Shown here piece after piece: positions 1 to 15,500 of a stretch of 64,000 nt of DNA. The notes below the pieces were generated by a model. It ran no database searches and had not been told where the DNA came from. It saw only the letters and a program-made list of their open reading frames with translations. The DNA comes from Lytechinus pictus (lineage: Eukaryota): NCBI RefSeq assembly GCF_037042905.1, contig NC_087251.1, positions 1,986,001 to 2,050,000 of the forward strand, given 5' to 3'. A program made the position numbers and the translations under genes. Position 1 is the first letter of the stretch, and each line of letters begins with the position of its first letter.

Positions 1-15
1 CATGATGCTCCAGAG
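1..15 (-). CDS. Probable start of next (8th) exon of the HECT gene, truncated by window edge
   Basis: Minus-strand acceptor ...ccctgtttcaaccccgattaatcAG|CTCTGGAGCATCATG reads LWSIM in phase 0, matching the exon 7 donor. Three upstream AGs tested (positions ~77, 84, 93) hit stops. Confidence 0.4.
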
Positions 16-505
16 CTGATTAATCGGGGTTGAAACAGGGAACTCAACCACAGCAAAGAAGTATCACACAATTATACTGTTGTCTATAATAGCTATAACA
101 TTGCAGAGAGTACCTAGATTTTCACCAAAATAAATCTGCACATCAGATTCAAGCAAAATACATCAACGCTCAGTGGTATGTCTGATGGCTGTGAATACTG
201 CAGTGCTTACTTGTAACATGGAGCCATGCAGCTCCTACTACTCGTGTCGATACTAAACCTGGAATTGTGACTTGATTTGACCAGAGTCAAAATGACTTGC
301 AACTTGGCTTAATTGGACCTGACCTATGGGCAACTGACTTGGAAACTTGGCTTGTCCTATGGCCAAAAGACTTGTGACCTAACTTGAGACTTGAACTGGG
401 ACTTGCAAACAACACTGGTATTCCTAGCTAGCCTTTAGTTTTTCTCTGTGTATGAGAAGGAAAAATAACCATAATTTTACTTTTTTTTCATTTCATCACC
501 ATTAC

Positions 506-3500
506 CTTCTGGACACTTGCACGCTTTCCATCATCAGGAATGAGATCAATCGCCCATGTGCACTCAGTTGCTGAGTCTTTGAGTACAATCTCTGCCAACA
601 TTGGGTTAAGGAAGGAGACACTCTGTCTGGCATGGAGCACTATTGCTCCCAGGATCTTACCCAGTGCCCTCATCTCTCCATTTATCAGCCTGGAAGTGGA
701 AGTAAGTGTTGAGGGTACCATTTTGCCTGCAATATTAAAATAAAAGAATGGCAAGTCAAATTATTGCGCATTCAACATTGTTTTTCCTTGCAGACTATCA
801 AGAGTTAGACACATACATGTAAATCAATTAGCATGGCAATTTGAAATGATTGCCAACTTTTATTACAAATACATGTACAAACTGCATGAACACAGGCTTT
901 AATGACCAATAATTCAGATGATTTACCTCGTACAAGCTGCTTTGTCATTCAAATTACAATAGTCATATAGTTACTAATACTACTACTACTACTACTTCTA
1001 CTACTACTACTGCTCTTCTTGACAAAGTTTCACTGCCGGACATCGGGCGCAAACAAAGACAGATTTATATCTCCACTCGCTCATTGTGCATGATGTGGGC
1101 CAGGCCTGAGCTGCATGGGGAAACCCCAGATCTGGACATTGTGACGCATGTACATGGGCAATATCAGATACTGTTTATTGACCTACAAAGTAGCCGTCCA
1201 CATAAATGAGAAACCTCACCTGTATTTAAAATACCTCTCCACAATTGGACGGGTTTGCCATTTATCATATGCACGTAACGTACTATGGAAACGTACATGG
1301 GTATAACACTGCGCTAGCTGGACAGGTCGCAATCGCCTACACGCTGTAGCTATTAAAGTGCTTACCATGCCTATTTGCCAAATATGCCTAGTGCGATGTT
1401 CGTAAGCGCATTGCTTATTGTACTAATAGTTCAATCATTGAATGACTTGCCGCTCGCAATATAGCTAGATCCCTCGTATAGTATCCGATCAAATAGTTTT
1501 TCTTTGTTATAATGCACTGAAAATGACCTTGTTATAACCAAAATCTCAAAATAATCGAGCTCTTTCTAAACAGCTCCCCTTGTCATAAAATAACATGAAA
1601 AGAAAAATGGGACCACGTACCAAGATCACCTCGTTCAAAGCGGGCTCTCGTTATAAATATAAGTGAGCTTGTTTTTACAGGGTTTTCCTGTAACATGCAA
1701 ACATGGGGTGTTGTTGTTGGTGAATTTATTGTTTCAAATAATACTGGAATAATCTTAAAATTGTAATATGGTTATAATTGAAAATGCAATTGAAACTATT
1801 ATCAGAGACAGTCTGCTGTTTCGTCTGATTTGTTACTGTTGCTTGTTTATTGTACAGTTATTTTTGACCTGCCAAAAAAGGCTTTTGTGTGCTCTTGGTG
1901 TCATCTTAAGTCTCTGAAGTTTGAAGTACAATAAAAGTCCCATATGTGTATATTGAGAGCTCATGGACTCCATAATGTTCAATACAGCATGCATGATTTA
2001 TTTCTAAACCTATTCAACAAATTGAAATGCCTGTTTAGTTGACCGTTATGGGCGTTACACTTGGTTTGTTACAGGCATTACACTGTGAAACTCAAAATTA
2101 AATTTCAACTTTAAAGTGATGTCAAGATTTAATTGGTTAAATATCAATCATGACACTGGCTGCATTGATTAGGAGAAAATATATGTTCACAGTTCGCACA
2201 ATAAACTGAAAGAAAAGCAAGCCAAGAATGATTGGGGTGTGCAATAACAAGATTTAAAGGTATGGTGCTTTTTACCAGAAAAATCATGACATTTTGACCT
2301 AAAATACAGTTTTTTAAAGAAAATCTGTACAAGACATTTTGAGGTGCCTTTAGATTTATTAAAGAGCTTATAATGAACTCTCTTGTTTGATACCAAATTT
2401 GTCATGGTGGCATCTGTAACTTTGGAGTAATTAGTTCACATTTGTGGCTCAGGGGATACTTTCATGGAATCCCCATATCCTACATTTTAGTCATTATTGA
2501 TTTAACAAATCTTCAACATAAAACAATTTTTTGTGTTCATTGCTCTTTCTTTCTTTAAAAAGATATGCACACAAACTGATTGCTAAATTCATGTACTGTA
2601 TAAAAAAAAACACTAATTTAAAAAAAATCTATTTCACATGGTTAAGCTAGGTACATGAAAATAGGACATTTATTAGTAGATATGTATATGTCAAAATCAA
2701 TATTACACAGAAAAAAGATTAACCCTATTGGCCTAAAAGACATTTTTCGTGATAACTTTGCAACGCAATTTTTTTGTGTGTATGTACATGTGTTTTTTAT
2801 ACATACCTGTACATGTGTAAAATTTACATAAATGCATAATTAATTAGATTTAAAATAATGAAGATAAAAGTAAGACAAATTTGATAATTCACATTTATGA
2901 ATAAAAATGTAATATATTTTCATTAAAAAATTTACCAAAATTTTGTTGAAAATAAGTAAGAAATGAGATGGGATTTTCTTGAAAAATTTGCATATTTAAT
3001 TAAGCATAAATTAAAAATCATAAAAGATATCATAAATCCGACAAATGAGATCTTAGGGGGGGGGGGGCTAAATCAGCCCCCCACCCCAGACTTTTTAGGC
3101 GTTAAAACACATAGCCTTATCTTTTTAGAGTTGAATACAGAATTTTGAGCACTTCTGCATTATTTATGGTACCCAGTATCACAGCCATGCACACATATGA
3201 ATTAAATTTGTGTAAATGAGTTTGGCAATGCCAGCCCTACCTGGTGGACCACAGAGGTAACTGCTGTCCCTTATCAGTGGTAGAAGAAGAGAGGCCAGCT
3301 CTCTCGTCAGTCCACCTTCATCAACGCCAGATTCCCCAATGAAGTAAACAGACAGAGCAGCCTTCGGGTGGATATTGGTGCCTTTATATGCCCTGATTAC
3401 ATCCTGCAGTATGTGAGACCTCCTCAAAGTTATTCTAGATGCAGGTGTCTTATTCTCATCATCAACTTGGGAACTTTTCCAGCTTTCCAAACACATCTTC

Positions 3501-6500
3501 ATGATAGTGTCTTCTCTGCAAAGTGTAATAAATCAACATTATGACACACAATTTTATGTACCACATTTTTTAAAGAGAGGAATATAATAAAGGGTTTTAC
3601 TGCTTTAACCCTATTTCCACTGGGCTATTTCAAAGTAGATTTTTATTGGGGGGGGGGGGTCAATTTGACCCCTCCCCTTGAGATCTCGGTCACGGAAGGT
3701 CCAATCGGCGCGAAAATTTGCACACACGTCAAGACACGTGTAAGGAACGTCGCTGCATAATTTTTTTTCACGCCAAAATTCTAAATTTCATTGATTATTA
3801 TAATTTATGCAAATGAGATGCATCAAATTCCACAAAATTCATAAATCTATCAATATTTCTTTCAAAAATTATAATTGAAAGACAATTTATTACAGAAACT
3901 ATCCCAGAAGCATTGTCAACAAGGGAATACTGTAAAGTATGCAAATTTCAAAAAATGTCTTTGTATTGTATTAATTGTTTTGCAAATTCCTTATTTATTA
4001 TATTGCTTTTATTTCTTATGTATTTATATGTTTTAAATATTTGTATTGTTATCTAATTTAAAATCAATTGATGCCAAGCCACATAACATCTTGTAAATGG
4101 CCTAGAAGATTGAAAAAAAGCTGTGTTTAAGAGCAATTTATCAAATGCTGTTTTGCACACAAACGTATGAAAATGCAAGTTTTGTCAAATTTTGGGCGGA
4201 CATGCGCCTACGAAATGTCACGTGACCTACCTTGCGACCGGTGGTCGGATTTTCGCAAAATTTGTTTCAAAAGACGCACGATACCTTTACCAGAATAAGT
4301 CACCAGCGGCGGTTGACCCCCCCCCCCCCCCCTCCCAGTGGAAATAGGGTTAAGTGGTATTTCTCATACATGAAAGTCCACTGGTGACATACAGTGCATC
4401 CCCTAAAAACAAAACTGGGATTCCTGGACAAAATGCCCTATCCTAAATGGATGACAAGCTCTGCTTCCCTGCTTTCATATAATTTACAACTTATCATTCC
4501 CGCATGAATTAATTAAAAGAAAGGAAATATTTACACATAATACAAATTTTATTTGCACATTCGAAGTTCAACTTAACTAAGTTTTAAGAGATATTCTGAA
4601 TTATCTTAATTAAGTTTTTGTCAAATCAAGTCAATGTGCCTCAAAAAACACTGCTACTCAAATATGCAGTTTCCGTTGAGTTTGCTTATTTTAACTGTTG
4701 TAAATGGTATCATAACTATTATATTGTACAATAGTACTGGATAGTGACTAAACTTCGTTATGGAAGTTGAAATGAAAATGGGACACCGACATATAACATG
4801 TATTTAGAATAGTTAAGGTGAATATTTTACATAAGTACAGGACTAATCAGACAAATGAGTGCTAAAGTTCTCAAATATCTTTACTAGTCCCGGAGAAAGA
4901 AGCCATTAAAATTAAAAATATTCTTAATTTTTAACCTTTCAGCCAAATGATAGCAATCATGGAAATTTGCAACTGGGGTTACAGGCATTTTACTAACAAA
5001 TTCATTGACCTATGACATACTTTGATTTATTTTTTGCCCCTATTGTTGACCCTTTGATCCTCTTTTTATAAATACTTTGATACGTTACGTAAAGCTGCAA
5101 TTATGAATCAAATGTGCTTATACCATTGTAAACTTACAAGTTGATAGGTTTGTAATTTCCGACAAGCAGTGGTGACTGATCTTCTGTTGCTTGTTCATCC
5201 TCGATATCGTCACACTCAAGAAGATTGATGTATTCTCTGTAGAGGTAAATTAAAAAAAATGAATTGATTTAATATTAATTGATTTAACAGCATTCACCTT
5301 TAAGATTACAGTTCACTGACAATTAATAGAAAAGACAACTATTCATGGCCACTACTTCACCTTTATTTAAAAAACTTAATACATGTCTCCACATCCTCTG
5401 AATTATAAAAACCATATAAGGATGGGGGAGGATGTAATCCACTCCCCCCACCCCTCAACTTTTTATGTGACAATTTTTTAGGAAAAGAATTACTTTTTTT
5501 CTTTCAAGTCTTGTGCAACTTTTCATTACATGAAGTAGCAATTACCAGAATACAAAATAAATTTTGTTTTCATCATCAGTTATCTCATAACCCGATCATG
5601 CAAGATGTGTCACATAACAAACATCCCAGCGACCTTATTGACCTCAAAGCCTTGAGGCTTCACGCACTGCCATTCCTTATGCAACTGTTTTGGGCAAAAA
5701 TGGCTGTCAATCACTGTGATGAATGTAGAGAAATACTATTTTTGATGATCATATCTTTGTTATTTTCCAAAATATTTTGGCGTTTGAAGTTTTTTTTTTT
5801 ATATGATCGTGATAATAAAACACACGACTTTCAAAATTTCTGAATAAGTTATCAAGTTCAAAAAGTCCACACAAAAAAAAAGAAAGAAAAAAGAAACCAA
5901 GTTACCCAAGAAACCCAGCCTAAACTCAGGCAGAGCTCAAGCGAGGACAAAGACGCAATGTTGACACTTGACACTACTTTTAAACAAGTGGAATGCCTCT
6001 GGCCGTCTCACCTGCATCACGCGATTCAATATAGCAGCAGTGCTGATTTTGAAAACTACTATAACTCGCACAAGATGTTCAGTGATACTTGGTTACTCTT
6101 ATTTCCACGTTTTATGAACTAGACCAATACACTTATAGAGATATGATGGCAATTCAACAAATACCCCCAACGTGGCCAAAGTTCTTTGACCTTACATGAC
6201 CTTTGACCTTGATCATGTGACCTGAAACTCGCACAGGATGTTCAGTGATACTTGATTACTATTATGTCCAAGTTTTATGAACTAGACCAACACACTTTCA
6301 AATTTATGGCTGTAATTCAACAAATACCCCAATTTGGCCAAAGTTCATTGACCCTAAATGACCTTTGACCTTGATCATGTGACCTGAAACTTGCACAGGA
6401 TGTTCAGTAATACTTGATTACTATTATGTCCAAGTTTCATGAATCAGATCCATAAACTTTCAAAGTTATGATGGTAATTCAACAGATACCCCCAATTCGG

Positions 6501-9500
6501 CCAAAGTTCATTGACCCTAAATGACCTTTGACCTTGGTCATGTGATGTGAAACTCATGCAGGATGTTCAGTGATACTTGATTAACCTTATGTATAAGTTT
6601 CATGAACTAGGTCCATATATTTTCTAAGTTATGATGACATTTCAAAAACTTAACCTTAGGTTAAGATTTTGATGTTGATTCCCCCAACATGGTCTAAGTT
6701 CATTGACCCTAAATGACCTTTGACCTTGGTCATGTGACATGAAACTCAGGCAGGATGTTCAGTAATACTTGATTAACCTTATGGCCAAGTTTCATGAACT
6801 AGGTCCATATACTTTCTAAGTTATGCTGTCATTTCAAAAACTTAACCTCAGGTTAAGATTTGGTGTTGACGCCGCCGCCGCCGTCGCCGTCGGAAAAGCG
6901 GCGCCTATAGTCTCACTCTGCTATGCAGGTGAGACAAAAATTAAGACAAACCCTCCCAGAATTACGAAACATAGCATAATTGGACGTTGGCTCAAAATTT
7001 AAGTATTTTCAGGATTTGTGTACAAAACCTTTGGAAAATTACTTTAAAGCTGAAATGCCATTTTGAGCTATAAACTGGTGTTATTTGCTTTGGTTATGGT
7101 TCATATTAAAGAGCAAGTCCATCCCAGCAAAAAGTTGATTTGAATAAAAAGAGAAAAATCAAACGAGAATAACGCTGAAAATTTAATCAAAATCGGATGT
7201 AAAATAAGAAAGTTATGACATTTTAAAGTTTCGTTTATTTTTCACAAAACAGTGATATGCACAACTCAGTGACATGCAAATGAGACAGTCGATGATGTCC
7301 CTCACTCACTATTTCTTTTGTTTTTTATTGTTTGAATTATACAATATTTCATTTTTTACAGATCTGACAATAAGGATCAACTTGACTGAACCATATAATA
7401 TCAAACAATGCTAATTCCACATGTTCAGGGAGGAATTAATCTTTGTGTCACTTGACAATGGGGAGATATTTAGAATATTTCATATTTCACATAATAAAAT
7501 ACAAAAGAAATAGTGAGTGGATGATTTCATCAGTTTCCTCATTTGCATACCGACCAGGATGTGCATATAACTATTTTGTGAAATTAAGCGAAACTTTGAA
7601 ATGTCATAACTTTCTTATTTTACATCCAATTTTGATGAAATTTTCAGTGTTATGTTTGCTGGATTTTTCTTTTGTTATTCAAGTCAACTTTTTGCTGGGG
7701 TGGACTTGTCCTTTAATGTAATACCTACAACTTCATTAAACAGCTTTATCTTCCATACAAATATAGTAACAAGAGGGCAATACAATATCAAAGAATAAAT
7801 ATCTATAATCTGAAAAATGTAAAGAAATCTCATTCAAGATGGTAAGGGCTTGTAAGCAAGGACTAACAGTATTTGATTTTATTTGAAGTACTAGTACCAT
7901 ATGTTTCATCCAGTCTCGGATATTGGGTAAATGATGATCTGGAGGATTTCAAAAAGAAAAAAGAAAAGAATTGATGGAGCTCTACCGAGTACCCATGGTA
8001 AGAAGCTTACGTACATTTATATGTGATTTTTTTTTTTTTGGGGGGGGGGGAGGCAAACAAAGAGGCTATCAATGTTGCATCACTGATCCTTCAATTGTTG
8101 TTTGTAATAATTTGTCTGAATTACATAAGCCTTTAAAATATTTTTAATATCTTACTGGTAAGTTCTGGATGTATATGATGCATTGTTTCCAGAAAGAGGT
8201 GCAGAAACCAGAGTAGATGAAGGGGCAGAAACCCGAGTAGATGAAGGGGCAGAAACCCGAGTAGATGAAGGGGCAGAAACCCGAGTAGATGAAGGAGCAG
8301 TGGAAGATGTAGTATCTAGAAAAACGTCTGGTAGTTCCTCATCACTCGATTCCTGGTGTTGGAACAAATGGAGCATTATACAATGAGCACACATGAAAAA
8401 ACAAAACTACAAGGTGGTTGTAACGGCTCACATGAGGATGCCAATTTTGTCTTTTTAATTGTAAAAAAATGGAACTGTTTCTAAATTCAGCTCGATAAAC
8501 GATTGAGACATGTGCCCAAATTGAACTAGGTCCATATACTTTCTAAGTTATGCTGTCATTACAAAAACTTAACCTCAGGTTAAGATTTGGTGTTGACGCC
8601 GCCGCCGCCGTCGGAAAAGCGGCGCCTATAGTCTCACTCTGCTATGCAGGTGAGACAAAAAACAACCAAAGTTGACTTATTCTGACAGCGTCAGACTCTG
8701 AAAATTGAAATCCATATTGTGCATGTTTATTCATATTACCTAAACACAGATTCTAATATATTGTCAAATAGTGATAAGCTGTGGGAGAAAGTGTCAAAAG
8801 TTCCAGCAAACCCCATGCGCCAACTATAACCCTGCTTCCCCTATTATTGTAATTTTTTGGATAATATTGATATTGACCGGTGTATATATTTGATACATAA
8901 ATTAAGTCTACTGCTATTGCCAATTTATAGTTATATATATGCGAAAACATACATGTGTAATACATACCATCGGAACAGATCTAACAATGGGAGCTGTAGC
9001 TCGTACGTACAGGTCCCCCTGACCAGCCAGGTGCCGAATGGCAGCACCATTCCATGTGTGACTCTGTCTGGTGTGGGGCACCGTCACTTTACGTGATAAT
9101 ACCTTCACATATTCAAATCTGATAAAGAAAATTGGGATATAAAAATACATGTGTCCTTTATCCAAATAATAATTACAATAATAGTAACATCCAGTCCATT
9201 TCAGTCCAGGTGTAGTCACTGGTTCTCATTTCTCAGTGTTCACAATCTTCATTGGCAGTGAAACCAGGCTTTTTTTGTTTTGTTTGTTTGTTGTTATATT
9301 TTGGGGGTGGTCGGTTGTTGGTTGTTGTACTCGCTACGATGAGCTACATCTGGCCCCTCCCCTTAAAAATGTTCCACTGTTGCAGTCATTATTTTTATAA
9401 ATCACTTAATCACTTTGTTTATCTTGAGCTTCTCCTTTCGTGCTAAAATTTTTCAAGTATAGTTGGGTCATTTTGGGAACTTCTGTGAATGTGAAGAGCA

Positions 9501-12500
9501 AATCTCACATTTTTTTTATGGATTTCCAAGGCATTACCAGTGCAGTTAGGTTTGATGTTCATTGATTACAACTTAAGAAAAATATTTAGGAAATAACAGA
9601 ATCTTGAACTGAAATGAGAGATGGTTGACAAAACACAAAACTGACATTGCACCACTAGGACAGAGGCATGGAAAAATAGAAACATCCTGGATAATGTACC
9701 TTGGCCTGGGCAGGTCTTGAAGCTCATCGGCGAACAGCTCCTCGATTATGGACTCTACCTCGCGCTCGTCCATGCCCTTGTAAAAGGACACGGAGGAGCT
9801 CACACGGCCGGCTTCTGTTTGGCGAAGTTTGGTTTCGACCGTGTCGTCCTTGTAATCTAGGAGGATCACATCTTTCAAGAAGGATCCTATTTGCATACCA
9901 AAGATATAACACATTAATTTTACAAATTTCTGGAAATTCTATGAAAGAAAATGAACACCCGTCCCTACAAACTGTTGTCCTTATTAAAAGTGTATACATT
10001 TTATGAATACATGTACAAGAAAAATGTATACAAGAACATTCTATCAATACCTGTGATGTTAATTAAAGTCTCTTCACATCAATTTTAATCACTGCCTTCA
10101 AGACTTCAGTTTGAGACATAATACAGGTATACAGGTATGAGGATACAGTAAACAGCGTGACCGCATATACTGAGCAACAATGTCAAACAGAAATATATTG
10201 TGCGATTGATCAGGCAGCATTGGAAATATCTGCATGGGTAAAAACTACACTAGTTTAACACTAATTCAAAATTAAAGTTTTAAAAGTGTACCATACCGTT
10301 TAAAAGTGTACATCCATGCTGTACAAAAGTGCAGGTATATTATCATGTGTGGGCTTATAATTATAGCTCCGAAATGGGAAAGTCACACATGTGGCAGTTG
10401 AGCTACTTTTTTCATAAACTGAGACCCTAGAACTACATGTACATATTTTTTAGGCTTGTTAAAGATACAGGGTATGCTAGATATATAATTATATACACAC
10501 ATTATATGTAGATCTAGAACTCCAAGAAGTTTTGTAAAAGAAAAAAGAAGTTTTTGGTCTACAGAAATTTTTGCAAGATGAAATGACTGAAGGGGAAGGC
10601 TCCAGAATGTGTAGCCTACAAGTAAGTCCAGAAGTGGAGAGTAACAAAGCTGAATGATTGGATTTTAAAGGAAACAGTCCAAACCTTTGGCCCACTAGTG
10701 AAAAATAAACAAAAGAGAAAATTTCCTTTAAAAAAAAGGGGGGGGGGACAGCAATGCAAAACATCTCAAGAATGGAGACTCTTACTCTTAGCACCCCTGC
10801 AATGAAAGTGGTATGTATACAATGTATGCACTTGCTCCCATTACAGTGCAAAATTGGCAGTAACTTATACTTGTGTACAGTATCTCTATACGCAGAGGGT
10901 GAAACACCTTAGTATTTTCAGATTTGGAAGTTAAATTTATTTTTCTTAGCTTCAATTTTAGTCACAAAGTCATGCAAGTACTACTAATTATATTTTTAAC
11001 GCAACTATAATTTAGTTCTTGGGATGAATTATTGCATTCACAAACAGAAAAAGATAAATTTTGGCACAAAGCTACTTGTCAACAGACAATTCCTGTACCA
11101 CTGCAAGGTATGGTAATGGGCCCAGGCGTGACTCTTAGGACACAAACAGCTGGGTGAAACTGCGTCCAAAAACATTTTTTAGCTTTAAACAAGTGGAACA
11201 CCTCTGGCAGTCTCGCCTACATTACGCAATTCAATATAGCAGAAGTGCTGACTTTGATGGTCAAAGTTCGTTAACCCTAAATGATCTTTGATGTTGACCA
11301 TGTGACCCGCAACTCATGCAAAATTATCAGCAATACTTGAATAAACTTTTGTCCAAGTTTCATGAAATAGGCCCTTATACTTTTAAAGTTATGACATTAA
11401 AAAAACAACTTGACTGTGGTCTAAGTTCACCATCGCTAGATGACCTTTGACCTAGATCATATGACCAGGAAACTCATACAGGATGATCAGTGGGATTTTC
11501 TATCAATTATAAACTTTCCATCTGACAAATATATGGGAAATACTGATAGAAATTTCAAAATTTTATCAAGATGGTTGTCATTTCAGACACCATCTTTAAT
11601 TATATATACAATGAAGAATGAACAATCTTCAAACCAAGTTTTATTTTAGTTGAAGCATTAGGTACAAAGTTGTGAACCATAATAGAAAATTGCAGGTGAC
11701 CTTCTTATTTGGCAAAAGGTGAAAGTCTGTATAGACCATCTTCACTCCAAGTTTGATTTTATAAATAGAAGCATTAGATACATAGAACTATTCATTTTTT
11801 ATAGGCATTGTAGACAACATATGACACTTTGATCCCTTCATTTTTAGTCTCACTCTGATCACAAAAGTTGGCTTAACAAGAAGTAGTATAATTGAGAAGT
11901 TTGTAGCCCCAGAACTCACATAGATGTTGAGCAGCAAATGCATCTCTTTTCAATATTTGCTGATAAAGAGAATAAACATATATAACCTAAGTTCTTTAAT
12001 TTTAACAGAAATGCATAAAATCATCTTTTATGACACCAAATTTGGCTAACCTTAAATTTGACACCCTACTATTACAGGCTCTAGTATACTTTCGCACCGC
12101 ACCGGGTGCCTAATGACAAAATCAAATTTGATAACATAAATTAAACTAAAACTCAACAATAATAACCTGTTTCAAGGCCCTTCAAGTTGTTGTTCCTCTT
12201 GGTCTTCAAAAATGAAGAAATTAAGTAACTGTTACAATCCTATTTGTTCATGCATAATTCTTTTGTTGTACGATTACTGGTAAATGAAGTCAGCAGTTAA
12301 TGGAAATGTAATCCTACAGCACTGGCAGCGATTTCTACTTCGTTTTATTCAAGAGGGAGACAAACAGAAACCTGTTTTTACTCCCCCCAAACCCCTCCCA
12401 ATAATAGACAAAACAAGTGGAACCCTCTGGCAGTCTCGCCTGCATTACACAATTCAAAATAGCAGCAGTGCTGACTTTGATGGTTAATGTTCGTTCATTT

Positions 12501-15500
12501 ACCCTAAATGACCGTTAAACTTGTTCATGTGACCTGACACTGATTCAAGATAATCAGCAATACTTGTTTAACCTTTTGTTCAAGTATCATGAAAAAGGCC
12601 TTTATACTTTAAGTTTTTAAGTTATGACATCATATGACATTTCAAAAAACAAAAAAAAATTAACCACAGTCCAAGTTCATTGACCCTAAATGACCTTTGA
12701 CCTTCATCAAGTGATCTGGAAACTCATGCAGGATGATCAGTGATAGTTGGTTACCCTTATGTCCAAGTTTCAAGAACTAGGTCCACATACTTCCTAAGTT
12801 ATCATGACATTTCAAAAACTTAACCTTGGTTAAGATTTCATTGTTGACGCCGCCGTCTAACTCTGCTATGCAGGCGAGACCAAAAACTAAGACTTATGAC
12901 GTATCACCAAAATGAAACTACCGGTAAATTTGTGTACAAAGTTGGTCCTAACATGGCGTTGATACAAAGCCTTCAAGAAATGTGGCCTACAGAGCTCACA
13001 CAAGACATCCACCAAAATATGACCTTTCACACTTTAAAAGATGGAACACTGAGGGCAGCACCATCAAAACTATAGGCTGCTAGATTTTCCCATAATACAT
13101 CTCCATTTACCGTGGTGATAAGTAGAAATTATTTGTCATGAAGTTATTCATTGGATCCAGCCCTGATATATGTTTTAATGTTATTTACAAATTGGCTTTA
13201 AAATCCTTTAATTCCAGTTCTTTTAAAAAGTTAAATAAACCACCATGCTTTCTTCAGTAGATGTAGAACTAACATTTCATGACAGTGCTTTGACATGCAG
13301 GACAAGTGAATAGCTAAGACTTGACACATTTGTCTTGGTGATACAGTGAAACCCATCTGTAAAGACCACCCAGGGGAGACAGAAAAGTGGTCATAAAATA
13401 GACTTGACAAATTAACATACCCGTTTTGATACCCTAAACGCGCCACACGCATTATCATGAAAAAAGGTTTTAACACGCCTTTTTCGTTGAGCATGTGTAC
13501 AGCAATATATTTAACTGCCCCCCCCCCCCTTGTGATCTAGTCTACTACTACTACTACTACTAGGACTAGTGCTATACAGTGTACTAGTCTAGATCCCAGT
13601 TTTACTTTTGGATCGTTGACAAAAAGGAACTATCCGCTTGGGATTGTATAAGTATAAATAACGGTCAACTGAGCTGGCCTCCGAAGAACCAATGTAACTG
13701 TGTTTGTTCAATCTATGGAGTTAAAAGAAAAAGAGGGAAAAAACATCCTCAATTTCAAGACCATAAATGTATCACTGAATGTTATGTGGTTTACATAACT
13801 TCTTAAATTATCATGAACCAAATGCATATTTGACTTTATAGTCTGAATTAAATTGTTTATGAAATATCTGAAGTCTTTGCTTTTACTTTCATGATGTCAT
13901 GTGTGCATTAATTACTTGACAAATAAATTGAATATTGCTGGTAAAAATAATCCTCTATGTCTGACCAGGTGTCTTCCTTTTTTAACTTGTTTCAGTTAAA
14001 GTTTTAGTTATATTTCTCAATCTGAGAAATCCAAATATCCTACTTGTGACATCATGAGTAGACAAACACCTCAAATATAACAATGGTTTTAACATTAAAT
14101 CTCAAATGCCTACCGTAAACATGAACCAACTGGCATCAATTATTCATAGTCAAAAATGATTGAAGCAAGTAAAAAAATTATGCATATTTGTTGCATTTAA
14201 AATCTGCCAAAGACAAATCTAAACGTCAGAAAAAAGGCTAATATTTTCATTTTCCTATCTGTGCAGTTTGCACTTATAAAAACAAAACATTTCAATGTTT
14301 GGTGCATAATTTATCCTTTTTCAGAAATAATTCTGTTTTTCCTAAATTTGGAAATCCTTTACTTTCACAAAACCTTACTTTTGGTTGAAACAATATCTGT
14401 GATTAAAAATCAACTAATTCAAAGAGTGTATTTCGCACAAATTCTAAACCTAGATATTGAGCAAGAATACACAGGTGTTATCTTCAATATTAATATCGAC
14501 TCTTGCTTATAAACTTTAATCTCACTATTTTTACTAAGCATGGGAATTTTGTTTGTTATTGTCATGCATACTCTTCATCTAACACAATGCCTGAAAATGT
14601 TAATCTCATTTTCTGTTAAAAAACAAATTACCGTACTTCTTGGGCCTATGTCTGTTTATTATTTACAGACTAGTTTAATACAAATACATTATCTTGCTTC
14701 TGTTTATCATTTTACATGTATCATAACCTTTAGTTTCATAAACTAAATGTGCAGATTCAGAATAGAAAGTGTAGCTTAAAATTTTTGGACTTTCAAGCTT
14801 TTAATCTTTTTTGTCTTTTGCCATTACCGCACTAAATAGAAAATACAAGCATTGAACCTACAGTATGTAGCCGCTTGCAAAGGGCGCTTTATACATAAGT
14901 TAAAACTTTCACTTTCCGTTCAAAATTTTCACATTTTTACATTACATAAATAGATCCTGTTTATCTCATACTTTACTCACTTTCTTGGCGGAAAGTACCA
15001 ATAACTCAGAAAGTCAGAACTGAAACCTCACAGTCTCATTTGCCTGAAAAACTGCAGCGAAACAGCTAAAAACATGCCTGCTGCACATGTAGATTACTGC
15101 CTAATCTTAACAGGCCAATTTTGCGGTCAAAGTAAATTTCTATGGTATCTTCAAATTCTACCTTCTGAACTAAATCAAAAGAAATACATATATGAAAAAA
15201 TACATGTTAAACGAAAAAACTATGGTGGAGGCTGGCCACCATCTATCGAAAATATAAGAATTTTCTATAAAAAGTATAATTTTGAAATCTCCAACTTAAA
15301 CCTAAATGTTGTCTCATTTGCACGAATATATCCCCGTTCAACCCCCGCTGTGTCATTTTCTCACCATCAAAATGGTTCCTCCTTAACTCAGAAACAAAAA
15401 CCATTGGATTTGTCATTGACATAGCAAGTAAATACAAAATAAACAAGCCTCATAAGTCATAGAACGCCGTGTTGTAAACAAAAATGCATTGATATTGAAT

